Origin: Octopus bimaculoides
Taxonomy: Eukaryota
Length of the DNA: 41,531 nucleotides
Direction of reading: 5' to 3'
Assembly (NCBI RefSeq): GCF_001194135.2
Contig: NC_068988.1
Location: 37,754,396-37,795,926 of the forward strand
Shown here: piece by piece, positions 22,741-36,173 of the stretch
Position numbering within the stretch: position 1 is the stretch's first letter
How the letters are laid out: the number at the start of each line of letters is the position of its first letter
Notes under the pieces: generated by a model
Told to the model about the DNA's origin: nothing
Database searches by the model: none
Seen by the model: only the letters and a program-made list of their open reading frames with translations
Made by a program: the position numbers and the translations under genes

Positions 22741-24565
22741 CTATAAAGAAAAAATAAAATAAGCAATATTATAATGAATCATTGGAAATTTAGCAATGTC
22801 CACAAATTACATCATAACAATGATCCTGCCTACCCGCAGACACTTACATACTGAATCACCACAGTCCATATTTTCAATATAGATTATCTTTTACTTTATC
22901 TTGGATCAACATGGATTGGTGCTTACATTTGGCACCAGCACTGATGCTCACAGTCCTCTTATCTGTAATAACTATAGCTAAAGGTAACTTTAAGCTAAAT
23001 AAGCAGTGGGAAGGAAGGGCGGGTTTCTCAATATTTTGGTATTATTACTAATAAGTGTAGTATAAATAATGCATGTAAATACATGTTACACACATCAACT
23101 GTGGTTACACAATGAACCAGACTGGTGACCATGAGAATTTCAAGACCTCTCTCATAATTTATCTGCATTGAAGATGGTGTTGAACCCCTACTTGCTAGAA
23201 AAGTTGGTGTTAGTCAGTGGAGTCTTCTGCAAGTTCAAACATTTGCAGTCTTAATAAAGTAAAACAGTTTCCTTTCCCAAGTCACCCAACAAAGAACTAA
23301 AATTCACCACACTTCCTATCCTCTCATAGAAAGTTAGTGTAACAAATGATACTTATCAATGAAAGTTAATAAAAACTTGTTGATTCTGGAGTGTCCCACA
23401 CTTTTGATTTTGTCTCCCACGTTTTTCCTTCATCATCATCATTTAGTGTCTACTTTCTATGATGGCATGGGTTAGACAGTTTAACTGAAATTGGCAAGCT
23501 GGTTCCAATCTGATTTGGCATGATTTCTATGGCTGGATGCCCGTCCTAATGCCAACCACTTCAATAGTATAACAGGTACCTTTTACGTGCCACTGGCATG
23601 GGTGCCAATTACATGACACCAACATCGACCACGACTACGATTTCACTTGGCTTGACAGGTTTTCTCAAACATAGCATATCACCAAAGGTTTTGGACACTT
23701 GTCATTGCCTGTGTGAGGCCCAATGTTCAAAGGGTGCTTTTTACGTACCAGTTACATGACACCAGCATTGACTATGACTATGATGTCTATACATTAATTA
23801 CCCACTTGCAATCACCTCCAATAATACCAGCTTCAATGCAGATGTTATACCCCTTCATTCCCCTCTAATCTTCACACCGCACACAAGCCTTCTTCTGTAC
23901 ATGCAATCTAAATACCTCACGCCCCAAACTTGCACTAATTTCATGATTACAGACCTTCTAAGATTCTCCAATGATATCATGCAAATCATGTCCATCTTTG
24001 CCAGTTCAACAAGTAGTGAAGTGTTGCATGCCTCTGCATGGCCATAGTTGAAATGCAAGAGCCAGTCAAAGAGTAAATTTATATGCATATGTGAGAGAGA
24101 AAGAAAAGATTTTATGAGTCTTACAAATGAAGAATGGAAGGGATAATAGGTTATTGAAAATACTGCTTTCAAATTTTGGCACAAGGCCAGCAATTTCAGT
24201 GGATGTTAATGATTCTGCCAGTTTGCTACCTTAATTTGAGAACTAGAAATATCAACCCAAATGCTTTTAAATTAGATCCCAATGCTGGATGTTCAAGAAC
24301 CAAATGAAGGGCAGATTTTCAATCTCGGGATCATCCTGATTCCAAAAAGGTGTATGTCTATGTAAAGCAAATGTAGACTGAGATACAGGGATCCCAGAAA
24401 GTCAGACAGAATTTTACTTTTTATTATTATAGATATTAAATCCAACCCATGCCAGCATGGAAAACGGACATTAAATGATGATGATGATAATAATGATGAT
24501 TAAAAACTCAGCTTACAGCATCAGATTAGGCGTAGTGATTTTAACTGAAAACAAATATAACTTAC

Positions 24566-24590
24566 CCAAATGTTGGTGCAGAACCAAAAC
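24566..24590 (-). CDS. NUP214: NUP214-like nucleoporin 25-nt microexon
   Basis: Acceptor ttttctatttttttgtttttaag, donor GG|gtaagt, phase 1 to 2. Encodes GFGSAPTFG and is needed to keep the frame into the last exon. Confidence 0.8.
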
Positions 24591-26072
24591 CTTAAAAACA
24601 AAAAAATAGAAAAAAATTAGTGTTGAAAAATGAAAATGAAAATAAAGTAAAAGTGTGTGTGTGTGTGTGTAATGCATTCGTAAATTATTCCAGAATAAAC
24701 TCTTACTGTTAAACCATATTCTTTGAAGTACATTTTTTCATCTGTATTTTTTTTTTATGCAGCTAATCAAGCTAGTGTATAACCTCTAGAAAGCAACTAC
24801 TTAAGATTAAATACAAAGACACACACATACGTATATGTGACGGGCTTCTTTCTGTTTCCATTGACCAAATCCACTCACAAGGCTTTGGTCAGTCTGAGGC
24901 TATAGTAGAAGACACTTGCCCAAGGTTTCACACAGTGGGACTGAACCCAGAACCATGTGGTCAGGAAGCAAACTTCTTACCATGCAGACATGCTTGTGTA
25001 GTAAGTTTCTATTGCAGTTGGTGCATGGATGATACTAAATAGTATTTTTTTATGGTGGTAGTCATATTTGGCAATGAATAAATAAATCTATAATTAAAGG
25101 CTTTTCAGGAATATAACCTTGTTTTCAAAAGTAGTATATTAACCCTTTAGTATTTAAACTGGCCATATCCAATGCAAATATTCTTCTCATTTTATGTTCA
25201 AACTGGCCAGATCCAGCCTCTCATATCTATCCTACAATGTGAGAGGCAGGATTGAAATCTCCGAGATACAAGATAATGCAGGACTAATTCAAAACAATGT
25301 GAAAAGATAAGTATTACGTTAGAGTAATCTGAATGGTAATGGGTTAAGAAACACACTGGGAGTGTGTATTTTTTTTTTAAAAAAGGGGTGATTTAATTCT
25401 TTAGCATTTAAACCAGCTATATCTGATCAAAATCTACCTGTTTTATGTTCAAACTGGTCAAATCTGGCCTCTCACACTTACCCTACAATATCATTCTAAA
25501 AATAAACTACCACATCATCAAAATATTAAAGCAATGAGCAATTCAAAACAATGTGAATAACACTAAAGGGTTAAAGAACATTTGGGTACTACTTCAAGCA
25601 GGTTGAGAGACAGCATATCACTGTCTTTCCTCTATTACTTCCACAACTACCAATCCTTTGCTTTATGAGTGTTTCTCCACCATCACACTTATTCTGTCTT
25701 TATTCACCCTCACGGACATACTTGCCTTGAACAAATGGAGACTACATAGAGTAGAGGTGACTTTTCAGTCAGACAAGGAACATGGAAGGTCTAGAGCTAG
25801 TGTCATCAGTTAATAACCCAGGGAGGAAACTATAAGCCTTAATCTTTTAGCATTTAAACAGGCCATATCCAGCCCAAATTTTCTACTTGTTTTGTGTTCA
25901 AACCAGCTAGATCCTAGCCTCTCACACCTGTCTACAATGTTATTCTAAAAATAAACAATCACATCATTAAAATCTCTAAGATAATGCATGATTAATTCAA
26001 AACAATGTGAATAAAAAGGCATATATCTGACAGAGTAATGTGAATGCTAACGGGTTAAATAAAAACTTTTAC

Positions 26073-26215
26073 CTCCGGTACTTCCGCCTCCAAATGCAGA
26101 ACCTGAACCAAATCCACTGAAACCAGTATTCGGAGCATTAGCTGCTTCATTGAAACCTTGGACTGGAGAAGTCTGTGCTAAACTGCCAAACGTTGGACTG
26201 CTGCTCTGTGCAAAA
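26073..26215 (-). CDS. NUP214: NUP214-like nucleoporin exon (143 nt)
   Basis: Acceptor tatttgtatattcag, donor G|gtaaaa, phase 2 to 1. Reads (N)FAQSSSPTFGSLAQTSPVQGFNEAANAPNTGFSGFGSGSAFGGGSTG. PTFGSL and GFSGFGSG match the vertebrate NUP214 tail as I recall it. Confidence 0.9.
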
Positions 26216-26975
26216 CTGAATATACAAATAAATAAATAAATGAATTATACATGATTATGGAACAAAAATTTGTTTAATAGTGGTCTGGGATAAGACAACA
26301 AGTTAATAGAAATGGTACTGCACTAGACTAAATGCTCTGTACAATATTTTCCATTGCTTTGTCAGAAGGAAGGGACAGTGCTCATAACTTTTACAGTGCT
26401 TTCAAGGTTGATAAAATGAATATGACTGATAGTATTCAGCATATCTTATTTAACATGGAACCCATGCTAGCATGGAAAGCGGACGTTAAACGATGATGAT
26501 GATGATGATAATGTAGAAAGCCACAAAACTGCAATATTTATCTCGAGACAGTATCTATTATAGATGTAAAGTGTTAAAAAAAAGGACAGAACCTCTTTAG
26601 CAGGTATGGATTTTACACATAGGGTAGGAACAACTCAACACTAAGTAACAGAAGCAATGTAAAATCTGATGAGCATTTTATTAACATTAAGGGCTGGGAT
26701 CAGCTGCTCATAAATCCATCCTCACAATACACCACCACTTGGAAGGGATTTATACACACACACACAAACATTCTGCAAAGTAGCTGATATTAGGAAGGGT
26801 GTCCAGCTGTAGAAACGATGCACCAAAGCAGACAGAGCTTGGTGCAATCTTCTTACTTACCAGCTCTCGTCAAACCATTAACTTATGCCAGAAAGGAAAG
26901 CAGACATTAAATGATGATGACAAACACACATACACACTAATACACACAATTACATACATAAAGGTCTGTACTTAC

Positions 26976-27189
26976 TTAGCAAAACCTGGAGAGGCGTTAG
27001 AAGACTGCTGTCCAAAAACACCTGCTGAGCCACTGTTGAAGGAAGAAGAAAATAGCTGTGAAGCACCGCTTCCAAAAGTACTGCCAGTAAATGAAGCACT
27101 TCCTCCAAAAGCAGGCTTATTTCCAAAAGCTGGAGCTCCACCAAAAGATGTTGATGAACTGAAGCTTGGAGATCCACCAAAGGCACTGG
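26976..27189 (-). CDS. NUP214: NUP214-like nucleoporin exon (214 nt), dense FG repeats
   Basis: Acceptor tttatcatttcag, donor AA|gtaagt, phase 1 to 2. Reads (A)SAFGGSPSFSSSTSFGGAPAFGNKPAFGGSASFTGSTFGSG...GVFGQQSSNASPGFA. Confidence 0.9.
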
Positions 27190-27589
27190 CTGAAATGATA
27201 AACAGAAGTTACAAACAAATCTTAGTATGTCTCAAGTCTTGTATGTGTCAGTAAATTTATTTCGGAGATCTAGGATTAAGTTTGATGATAAAGACCGTGG
27301 TGATGGTGCTGCTACTGAAGATAACAAAAATTGTTTTGAATATAAGATGCAAGGCCAGAAATTTTACACAATTCAAATGACACTAGTCTTGACTTATACT
27401 TTATTTTACTGACCTAGGAAGTATGAAAGGCAGATCTGACGAGTGAAATTTGAACTTAAAACATAGACGCATAACATTTTATGCAACGTTCTATCAATTC
27501 TGCCAATTCACTATCCTAATGATGATGATAATGCTATACTGCTATTGATGATAATAATGGTAATGTCAGTGAAAAATTTAATGTTCTGA

Positions 27590-28404
27590 TTGTGTACGAA
27601 CAGCCATGCTACATGGCAGTGAAACATGGGCTGTGACTGCTGAGGACATGCTTAAGCTCGCAAGGAATGAAGCCAGTATGCTCCGCTGGATGTGTAATGT
27701 CAATGTGCATACCCGTCAGAGTGTAAGTATCTTGAGAGAAAAGCTGAACATAAGAAGCATCAGTTGTGGTGTGCAAGAGAGACGATTGTGCTGGTTTGGA
27801 CATGTGGTGAGAATGAATGAGGATAGCTGCGTGAAAAAGTGCCACACCCTAACAGTTGAGGGAACCCGTGGAAGAGGTAGGCCCAGGAAGACTTGGGCTG
27901 AGGTGGTGAGGCNNNNNNNNNNNNNNNNNNNNNNNNNNNNNNNNNNNNNNNNNNNNNNNNNNNNNNNNNNNNNNNNNNNNNNNNNNNNNNNNNNNNNNNN
28001 NNNNNNNNNNNNNNNNNNNNNNNNNNNNNNNNNNNNNNNNNNNNNNNNNNNNNNNNNNNNNNNNNNNNNNNNNNNNNNNNNNNNNNNNNNNNNNNNNNNN
28101 NNNNNNNNNNNNGCCAGTACCGCCTGACTGGACTTTGTAGGGTTTTCAAGCGAGATCGTTGCCAGTGCCCCTGGACTGGCTCTTGTGCGGGTGGCACATA
28201 AAAGACACCATTTCGAGCGTGGCCGTTTTCGTGCAGGTGACACGTAAAAGCACCCACTACACTCTCTGAGTGGTTGGCGTTAGGAAGGGCATCCAGCTGT
28301 AGAAACTCTGCCAAATTAGATTGGAGCCTGGTGTTGTCATCCGGTTTCACCAGTCCTCAGTCAAATCGTCCAACTCATGCTAGCATGGAAAGCGGACGTT
28401 AAAC

Positions 28405-28433
<29 letters not shown>
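27590..28433 (+). mobile_element. 5'-truncated RTE LINE: C-terminal ORF, 3' UTR and (GAT)n tail; spans a 200-nt gap
   Basis: ORF 27606 reads MLHGSETWAVT..NEASMLRWMCNV..QERRLCWFGHVVRM..EGTRGRGRPRKTW, typical of the RTE C-terminus. Tail (GAT)n at about 28405-28433. Confidence 0.88.
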
Positions 28434-28435
<2 letters not shown>

Positions 28436-29040
28436 GGCAGGTGATTATCAAGGCCTAGTTCTCAAATCCCTCCTATTATAATTCTCCAAACTATACCAAA
28501 GGACTTTAAGAATGACACTTAGTACTCCAAGCAGTGTCTGCAGAAAATTTAGAGAAGAAATTCCAGACATGGAAATAAAACCTGGATAATGATAGTAATG
28601 GTGATAGTGTTAATGGTAATAACAAGAATTTCAAATTCTGGCGCAAGGCCAGCAATTTTAGAGGAGGAAGTAAGTCGATAACATTAACCCGTGTTCAACC
28701 AGTATATATTTTATTGACCCAGGAAAAACAAGCAGAATTAACTTCGGCTGAATTTGAACCAGAAATGCTATATCCGACTTGCTAACAATTCTGTCAGGTC
28801 ATAGCAATACCATTGATTGTTTTTATTGCTGTTTAACACCAGGTTAGTACTCGTCAGGTAAGCCTGTGACAGAGGTGTTATAATCATGACCATTCTATAT
28901 TTTTTTTAATACTTAGGACTACACTGTGCAATCTATTCCTCATTAGTAAAGCTGTTATTGTTACCAACTACAACCACCACCACTGAAGGTGGCCACAGGT
29001 TCTCTCCAAATTTGTTCTGCATTAAGGCAGCAGCTTGACC

Positions 29041-29264
29041 TTAACCCTTTAGTATTCAAATTATTGTCAAATGTAATGCTTATTTATTCATATTTTTAGA
29101 ATTAATCATGCATTGTCTTATAGCCCTCTGATTTTTAGGAGATAACCGTTAGTTTTTAGAATGATACTATAGGGTAAGTGGGGAGGGGCAGACTTGGCCA
29201 GTATGAATTAAAACAGGTAGAATATTTTCGCTAGATGTGGCCAGTTTAAATGTTAAAGGGTTAA
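29041..29264 (+). mobile_element. piggyBac-like MITE copy with well-preserved ends
   Basis: Starts TTAACCCTTTAG and ends TTAAAGGGTTAA. Confidence 0.8.
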
Positions 29265-29995
29265 TCTCACAATTCACTGATACCCTTGCAATGGACATGT
29301 GCCTTGCCTTGGGCCTTCAATTCCTTGTTTAGAGTCACAGAAGTACCATTATGACATATGGCATGCCTTGGACAATTTTGGACTGGCAGTGCCCATCCCT
29401 CTCCAGATCTGATCACAACTGATTTCCTCCAAAACAGAGAAAGACAGACAGACAATAAAAGAGTGAGAGAAAGAAGAGTCGACGCCAATTCAGGACTGAT
29501 TATTTTATTGATCCTGAAAGCAAGAAAAGCAAAGTTGACTTTTTGGCGATTTGAACTCAGAGACTAGAGAGTCAGAACAACAACTGCAAAGTAATCTGTC
29601 TGACAGTCTAATAACTCAGCCAATTGGCCACCAAGTTTACACACATCACTGGATAAACTGTCGTAAAACAACCGGATTGCACATGTGTGTGTATGTACAC
29701 ACACACACACCTAGGTTACTCTTACAGGCATTACATTAACATTTTTCACACAAATACATGTACAGTCAGACAACTGTCATCTGAGCTATTTATCTATTTA
29801 CATGAAAAGAAACCTTAAATCCAACCTCTAATCAAGCTACTATGCAACAAGGCACACACAAAGATAGACATGCATGCATGCATGCACGCACACAGATGCA
29901 CGTCTACATTGCCACCACCCTCACTCCTCATCCAGCTATAAGATACCACTTCTAATTCATCAACCCTTTATCAATGTCCAAATAGAGCTACTTAC

Positions 29996-30166
29996 CTTGC
30001 TGCTGGGGTTGATTTGCCTGCTGTTGTTGGCTGATACTAAAGCCAGAACTGGCCACACTGCTGCCAGTGTTTGATGAACCAAAGCTAAAGGTGCTGCTCA
30101 GTTTAGAACTAGCCAAAGAGACGCTCTTGAAGCCTGATGCACTTGCCTGGGAACCAAACAAGTTAG
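29996..30166 (-). CDS. NUP214: NUP214-like nucleoporin exon (171 nt)
   Basis: Acceptor tttgcacacag, donor G|gtaagt, phase 1 to 1. Reads (A)NLFGSQASASGFKSVSLASSKLSSTFSFGSSNTG...QQQQANQPQQQ. Confidence 0.87.
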
Positions 30167-32019
30167 CTGTGTGCAAATACAAAGAGAAGAGCTTTAGTGA
30201 CATCATTTCTCAATCACTCCAATAAATTTCACAAGACACACACACACAAATAATAACATTCAAATCTAAGCTATTGTATGCATAGATAACCCTTTCTCTT
30301 GAAAGTTTTAGACTTGGGACACAATTCTCTAGAATCAATGACCTGGATATCATAATCTTGAATGCCTATGAAGTGACTGATGTTCATAAATGGATGCTGT
30401 TTTTCATGTAATGACAGGGACAACAAGATTATAATCTTTGCTATAGCAACCGAATATATCCAGGTGGTCATTGCTTTTTAGTTGTTTTTACTTTATTGCA
30501 GATGTGCTAAAAGGAAGTAGATTGAGTACATTCTGTTATGATGCATAGCACACCATTATGTTGTAGAGCAATTGGATCCCAAGTAAAACTAGAATGGTCC
30601 ATGATGGGCTGTAATATACTGTTTGTACACTATTATTGTGTCTTTCTGTTCACCAAACATAGTACCTGTGATTGTTCTAAGTAGGTCTGTAAACTGTTTT
30701 GTTTTCTTTACTGGGTCTTCTATCATCATCATTTAATGTCTGCCTTCCATGCTGGCATGGGTGGGGCGGTTTGACAGGAGCTGGTTAGGTAGAAGCCTGC
30801 ACCAGACTTCTGTGACTGTTTTGGCAGGATTTTTACAGTTGGATGCCCTTCCTAACACCAACCACTCAGCGCTTTTTACATGGCACAAGCATAGGTGAGG
30901 TCAGTTTTTGGCAAGGTTTTTATAGCTGGATGCCCTTCCAAATGCCAACCACTTTACAGTGTGGACTGGATACTTTTTAAGTGGCACCTGCACTGACAGG
31001 GTCACCAAGAACCTTGCGAAACAAAACAAAATAATTATAAAAAATTTTTCTTCTGTGTATGTACAACAGCCAAAACATTTTAAGGCCATTTCCTTTGCTA
31101 AGCTAAAGCAAAAGTTAGCCTTTCAAGGCCTGTGACAGTCTTCTCTTATTTTTGCCCTATCCTCTACAACTTCGTTGCTCTCATTACCTCTTCTACTATT
31201 CTTTAGCCATGTCTTGGTTTTCCTCTTTTACCTCCCTCTACATTTATTTCAGCCTTCCTCAGCATAGGACCCAATCATCTCATCTCATTTCTCCCATCAT
31301 GTCACCCATCACTGACTATTTCCATTATTCTCTGTAATTCTTTAACTTCCCCTCTTTCAGTAATATTCTTCTCATCCACTGAACAATTCTCGTTCTTGTT
31401 CTTTCCAATCCTTTCATCCTCATTGCCCACATGTCTCACTTTCATAAATCGTAGCATTTCTCATACATATATGAGATGCCATAGGATCAAGAGGGTTGGT
31501 CATATACATATTACCTAACATATTATTCCAGCATGAAAATCACGGACAATAAAAAGATGAAGTCAAACCACTAGCTCTATAATAATTGAGGAGAAAATAC
31601 GTGAAAATGTTTTTTTTATTCAAATGCTTATAGTGTATTTAATTGTGGTTAGATTATCAAGAAAATTGTCAGTATTATAGAAAAGACTTCATTTTTTTTA
31701 AATGTAAATAGTTCTTTTTGATAAAAAAATAATGTTGTCCATGTTATTAGAAGTCTACACAAGTAGAAAAAAACCCATGTACATTAAAAAAACAATAAAG
31801 AGATATTAGTAATGTCTAGTAACAGACATGGACACACAAACATGATAAAAAAAAAATAAAAAAAAAGAAATGTTTTTCCCCACTAACTTTTTTGCAGCTT
31901 TTACATTATATAATTTATAGGACTAAGAGATACATGCAATGTTGGGTGAATTTGTGTTGTACAGAATATGAAGAGTTAACACAACACCCGTTCTTGAAGG
32001 CATCCTATTTTTATTTTAC

Positions 32020-32276
32020 CTGCATTCTGAGTTGTTGCTCCTGAATTGAACACTTGACTAGTATTGCCAAAGATGTTCTGGTTAGCATTCTCTTCACTTG
32101 GCTTCCCACCGAGACCACTGAAGAAGGGTGTGGATGCTCCAGATGAAAACAGACCTGCTGACATGCCACCAAGTGAGGCTGATGCAGTGGACGACTGGTT
32201 GTTGGTGCTGCCAAATATGCTGCCAGTACTAACACTGTTGCTGCCAGTAGTTGCAGGTTGACCAAAGACTGACGAA
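32020..32276 (-). CDS. NUP214: NUP214-like nucleoporin exon (257 nt)
   Basis: Acceptor tttgtaatttccag, donor G|gtaaaa, phase 2 to 1. Reads SSVFGQPATTGSNSVSTGSIFGS...FFSGLGGKPSEENANQNIFG...QNA. FFSGLGGKPS resembles a conserved NUP214 C-terminal block. Confidence 0.88.
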
Positions 32277-32441
32277 CTGGAAATTACAAATGCACAGAAG
32301 ATATACATACATATTAATATATTCATACAGTACAAGTTAAATCATAAATTTCTTGACAAATAACCAATTAAGAACTCCATATCTATTTCCTTTCATATAT
32401 TATCATTTTATCCTTTATTAAATTTGGGCCTTAGTATTACA

Positions 32442-32930
32442 TCGTCATCATCATCATCATCCTTTTAACGTCCGCCTTCCATGCTAGCATGAGTTGGACG
32501 ATTTGACTGAGGACTGGCAAGCCAAAAGGCTGCACCAGGCTCCAATCTGATCTGGCAGAGTTTCTACAGCTGGATGCCCTTCCTAACGTCAACCACTCAG
32601 AGAGTGTAGTAGGTGCTTTTACGTGCCACTGGCACGGGAGTCAGTCCAGTGGCACTGGCAATGACCTTGCTCGAATGATTTTCTAACGTGCCACCAGCAC
32701 AAGTGCTAGAAGGCAACGCTGGTAATGATTATGCTCAAATGGTGCTATTTACGGGCCACTAGCACGGAAGCCAGACAGCTGCTCTGACAATGAACAGGCT
32801 CAACAGTGCTGTTAGTGCTCCATTGGTATGGTGCCAGTCATTGAGTATGGTTCAATTACAATTTCACTTGAGCAGAGTTTAGTGTCCAATGAAGGAGAGG
32901 TTGGCATAGGTGCCAGTCGTCGGATTCGGT
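32442..32930 (-). mobile_element. RTE LINE 3' end (same family, - strand)
   Basis: Reverse complement of the (GAT)n-tailed 3' UTR. Other partial or older copies lie at about 20003-20270(-), 23430-23790(-), 26790-26925(+), 30722-31020(-), 33230-33480(+), 34500-34740(+), 34860-35010(+) and 39888-40165(-). Confidence 0.8.
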
Positions 32931-35626
32931 TCAATTTCAATTTCAGATTTCAAACACAGGGTATATTTAGAAAAGAAAAGAAACCAAATTTGTTTATAAT
33001 CTATTTAATTATTTGATGATTTGACAGTGGGTGCAGGTTGTATAATTTGCATTATATAACCAATAATGGGATGAAGCACTAAAGAATGACCTTAGAAAGA
33101 ATGCTGAACCGTTCAGGCGAGATGACAAAGAATGGAGATGCCTAGTGCCTTGCTGTGCTCAAAATCCGATCTCCACAGTAAAAGCATTAAACCAGTCCCC
33201 TCGTGGTAAAGATAGACTTGCAAGAGCGCTGTGTCAGTGCCATGTGAAAGTGCTTGCACAGGGCCACATAAAAGCACCCATGTGGTGTCATGTAAAAGTG
33301 CCTGTGTAGTACCATGTAAAAGCACCGAGCACACTCTGTAAAATGGTTGGTGTTAGGAAAGGCATACAGCTGTAGAAACCATGTCAAATCAGACTGGAGC
33401 CCAGTTTGCCAGCTCTGGTCAAATCACCCAACCCATGCCAACACAGACAATGGACATTAAATGATGATGACGATAATGAAACACATAAAATGTGGTGAAA
33501 TTAACCCTTAAGCATTTAGATTACTCTGTCAAATGCAATGCTTGTTTATTCACATTGTTTTGAATTAATCATGCATTATCTTGTAGTTTTGAGAGGCTGT
33601 ATCTGGCTGGTTTGAACATAAAACAGGTAGAATATTTGGACTGGATGTGGCCGGTTTAAATGCTAAAACCACCTTAAGTTTTATTTTATTTTCTACGTGG
33701 CTGTGTGGTAAGAAGCTTGCTTCCCAACCATATGGTTCCAGGTTCAGTCCCACTATGTGGCACCTTGGGCGTCTTCTACTACAGCCATGGGCTGACCTAA
33801 GCCTTGTGAGTGGATTTGGTAGACAGAAATTGAATAAGCTTGTCATACATGTGTATGTGTCTCTCCATCGTTGCTTGACAACTTGTGTTGGTGTGTTTAC
33901 GTTCCTGTAACTTAGTGGTTCAGCAAAGAGACCGATAGAATAAGTACTAGGCTTAAAAAGTAAGTCATGGGGTTGAACTGTTTGACAGAAATCACTTCAA
34001 GGCAGTGCTCCAGCATGGCCACAGTCAAATGATTGAAAAAAATAGAAGACACATATATATATATATATATATATATCTTGTATCTTTTATTTGTTTCAGT
34101 CACTGGACTGCAGCCGTGCTAGGGCATCACCTTCAAAACAGTATATACATAATAAATGGCTAAGATTTTAAACATAAATGATAGGCATAAACATGGCTGT
34201 GTGGTAATGCTCACTACATAAGCACGTGGTTTTTAGGTTTCTATCCCATAGTATGGAATCTTAGGAATATGTCTTCTATAGCAACATGCTGAGCAATCTT
34301 TGTGAGGGAAATTGGTAGAAATTGTATGGATGCCTGAAATGTGTGTGCAGAAGTGAAGATTCATTTACATTTGTCTTTGTATGACATTTTGGGGGTAAAG
34401 TGAGATCATGTTTACGACTAGTGTACATAACATATGCTGTAACTCAATGAAGACCAGTGGAATAAAAAGAATACCTTAGTTGTAAAGCAGATAAGGACTC
34501 ATCATCATCATCATGGTACATAAAAACGTTCATGCAGTAGCCCTACATAAAACATCCATGCAGTGCCACATAAAAGCATCCAGCATACTCTGTAAAGTGG
34601 TTGATGTTTGGAACATCCAGTCGTAGAAACCATGCCAAATTAGCCTGGAGTCTGGTGCAGCCCACCGTCAGCTTGCCAGCTCTGGTCACACTGTCCAGCC
34701 CATGCCAGCATGCACAAAGGATGTTAAAAGATGATGCCTAATATAGTGAAATATCACATTTCACTTCCATAATTACGATGAGAGTTAACTCACAAGAATA
34801 TAAACAGTATAAATTAACAGCTAAGATTTTGATGGAAATAATATAGTTCAGCCCATTCAGCGGGGTGGTTGGTGTTAAGACAGGCATCCAGCTGTAAAAA
34901 CTGTGCCAAAATAGACACAGAAGCGTGGTGATGGCTTCTGCCTGGCCAGTTCCTGTCAAACTGTCCAATTCATGCCAGGATGGAAGGAGGACGTTAAATG
35001 AAGATGATGAATATAAGACACAGGCACTAATTTGAGAAAGGAGAGGCAGCAGATAGTCTGTCATCTAAATGATAGCTGCATAGTAGGGCTCTCTTTTAAT
35101 TAAGTGGAAGAGCAGCACTCCTGACTACATAAAAGATCAGGTCAACTCTTATCAAAACACTTATGATCAAAGGTATACAAGCCGTGACCACCCTAGATTA
35201 TCCAATGCATCCTTTTGTTTTTTGATACAATAGAACCTGATTTTGAGAGACAATTGACTACTATTTCTTGCAGGTCAAGTAACTACATAGCATAAGATAG
35301 TACTCTATCTGAGTGTGACACTAGATCTCACAGACAAGTGATGTAGGATTGTAAAGGACACAGATATACTACACAGGTTTCAAATTTTGGTATAAGGCCA
35401 GCAATTTCGGGGGGAAAGGGCTAAGTCAATTACATCAACCCCAGTACTCAGCTGGTACTTATTTTATCGACCCCGAAAGAATGAAAAGCAAAGTCAACCT
35501 TGATGCAAACACTGATATACCATATTTGCAAACCTGTTTAAGCGATAACAGCATTAAATATGGATATGATGATGATGATAACGACATTGTTAATCAAAAT
35601 GGTAAATTTTAAAAATATCAACTTAC

Positions 35627-35698
35627 CTGGAAGGAGCCTGTCCAAAAACAGATGCTGTTGAAGCTGCTGATTGTACAAATGCATTTGTTTTGAAGGTA
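35627..35698 (-). CDS. NUP214: NUP214-like nucleoporin exon (72 nt)
   Basis: Acceptor tctcttacag, donor AG|gtaagt, phase 2 to 2. Reads (N)TFKTNAFVQSAASTASVFGQAPS. Confidence 0.85.
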
Positions 35699-35930
35699 CT
35701 GTAAGAGATTTAAAATATAATATTAAATGGAAAAAAAAAGGAAAAAAAAATTAAAACCAAAGCAACTCTAAGTACTTCTGTGTAACAATGTTTTAAATGT
35801 TACTCCTGTACAACATGATCCTGTGTTTGTAAATTTTTCACAAAGTCCTAAACTGGAGACATAAATGCTTACTTTTTTATCCTGGAGATTGATAAACCAA
35901 GAGCTACCAATAGCTTTTATATATACATAT

Positions 35931-36142
35931 ACTCTTTTATTTGTTTCAGTCATTTGACTGCAGCCATGCTGGAGCACCGCCTTTTTAGTCTAGCAAATCG
36001 ACCCCAGGACTTATTCTTTGGAAGCCTACTACTTACTCTATCGATTTCTTTTGCCGAACCACTAAGTTACAGGGACGTAAATACACCACCATCGGTTGTC
36101 AAGCGATGTTGGGGGGACAAACACAGACACAGACACAAACAT

Positions 36143-36173
<31 letters not shown>

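Noticed and set aside
26799-27254. 151-aa ORF on +
   Set aside because: It is antisense to the FG exon 26976-27189 plus part of an RTE 3' fragment.
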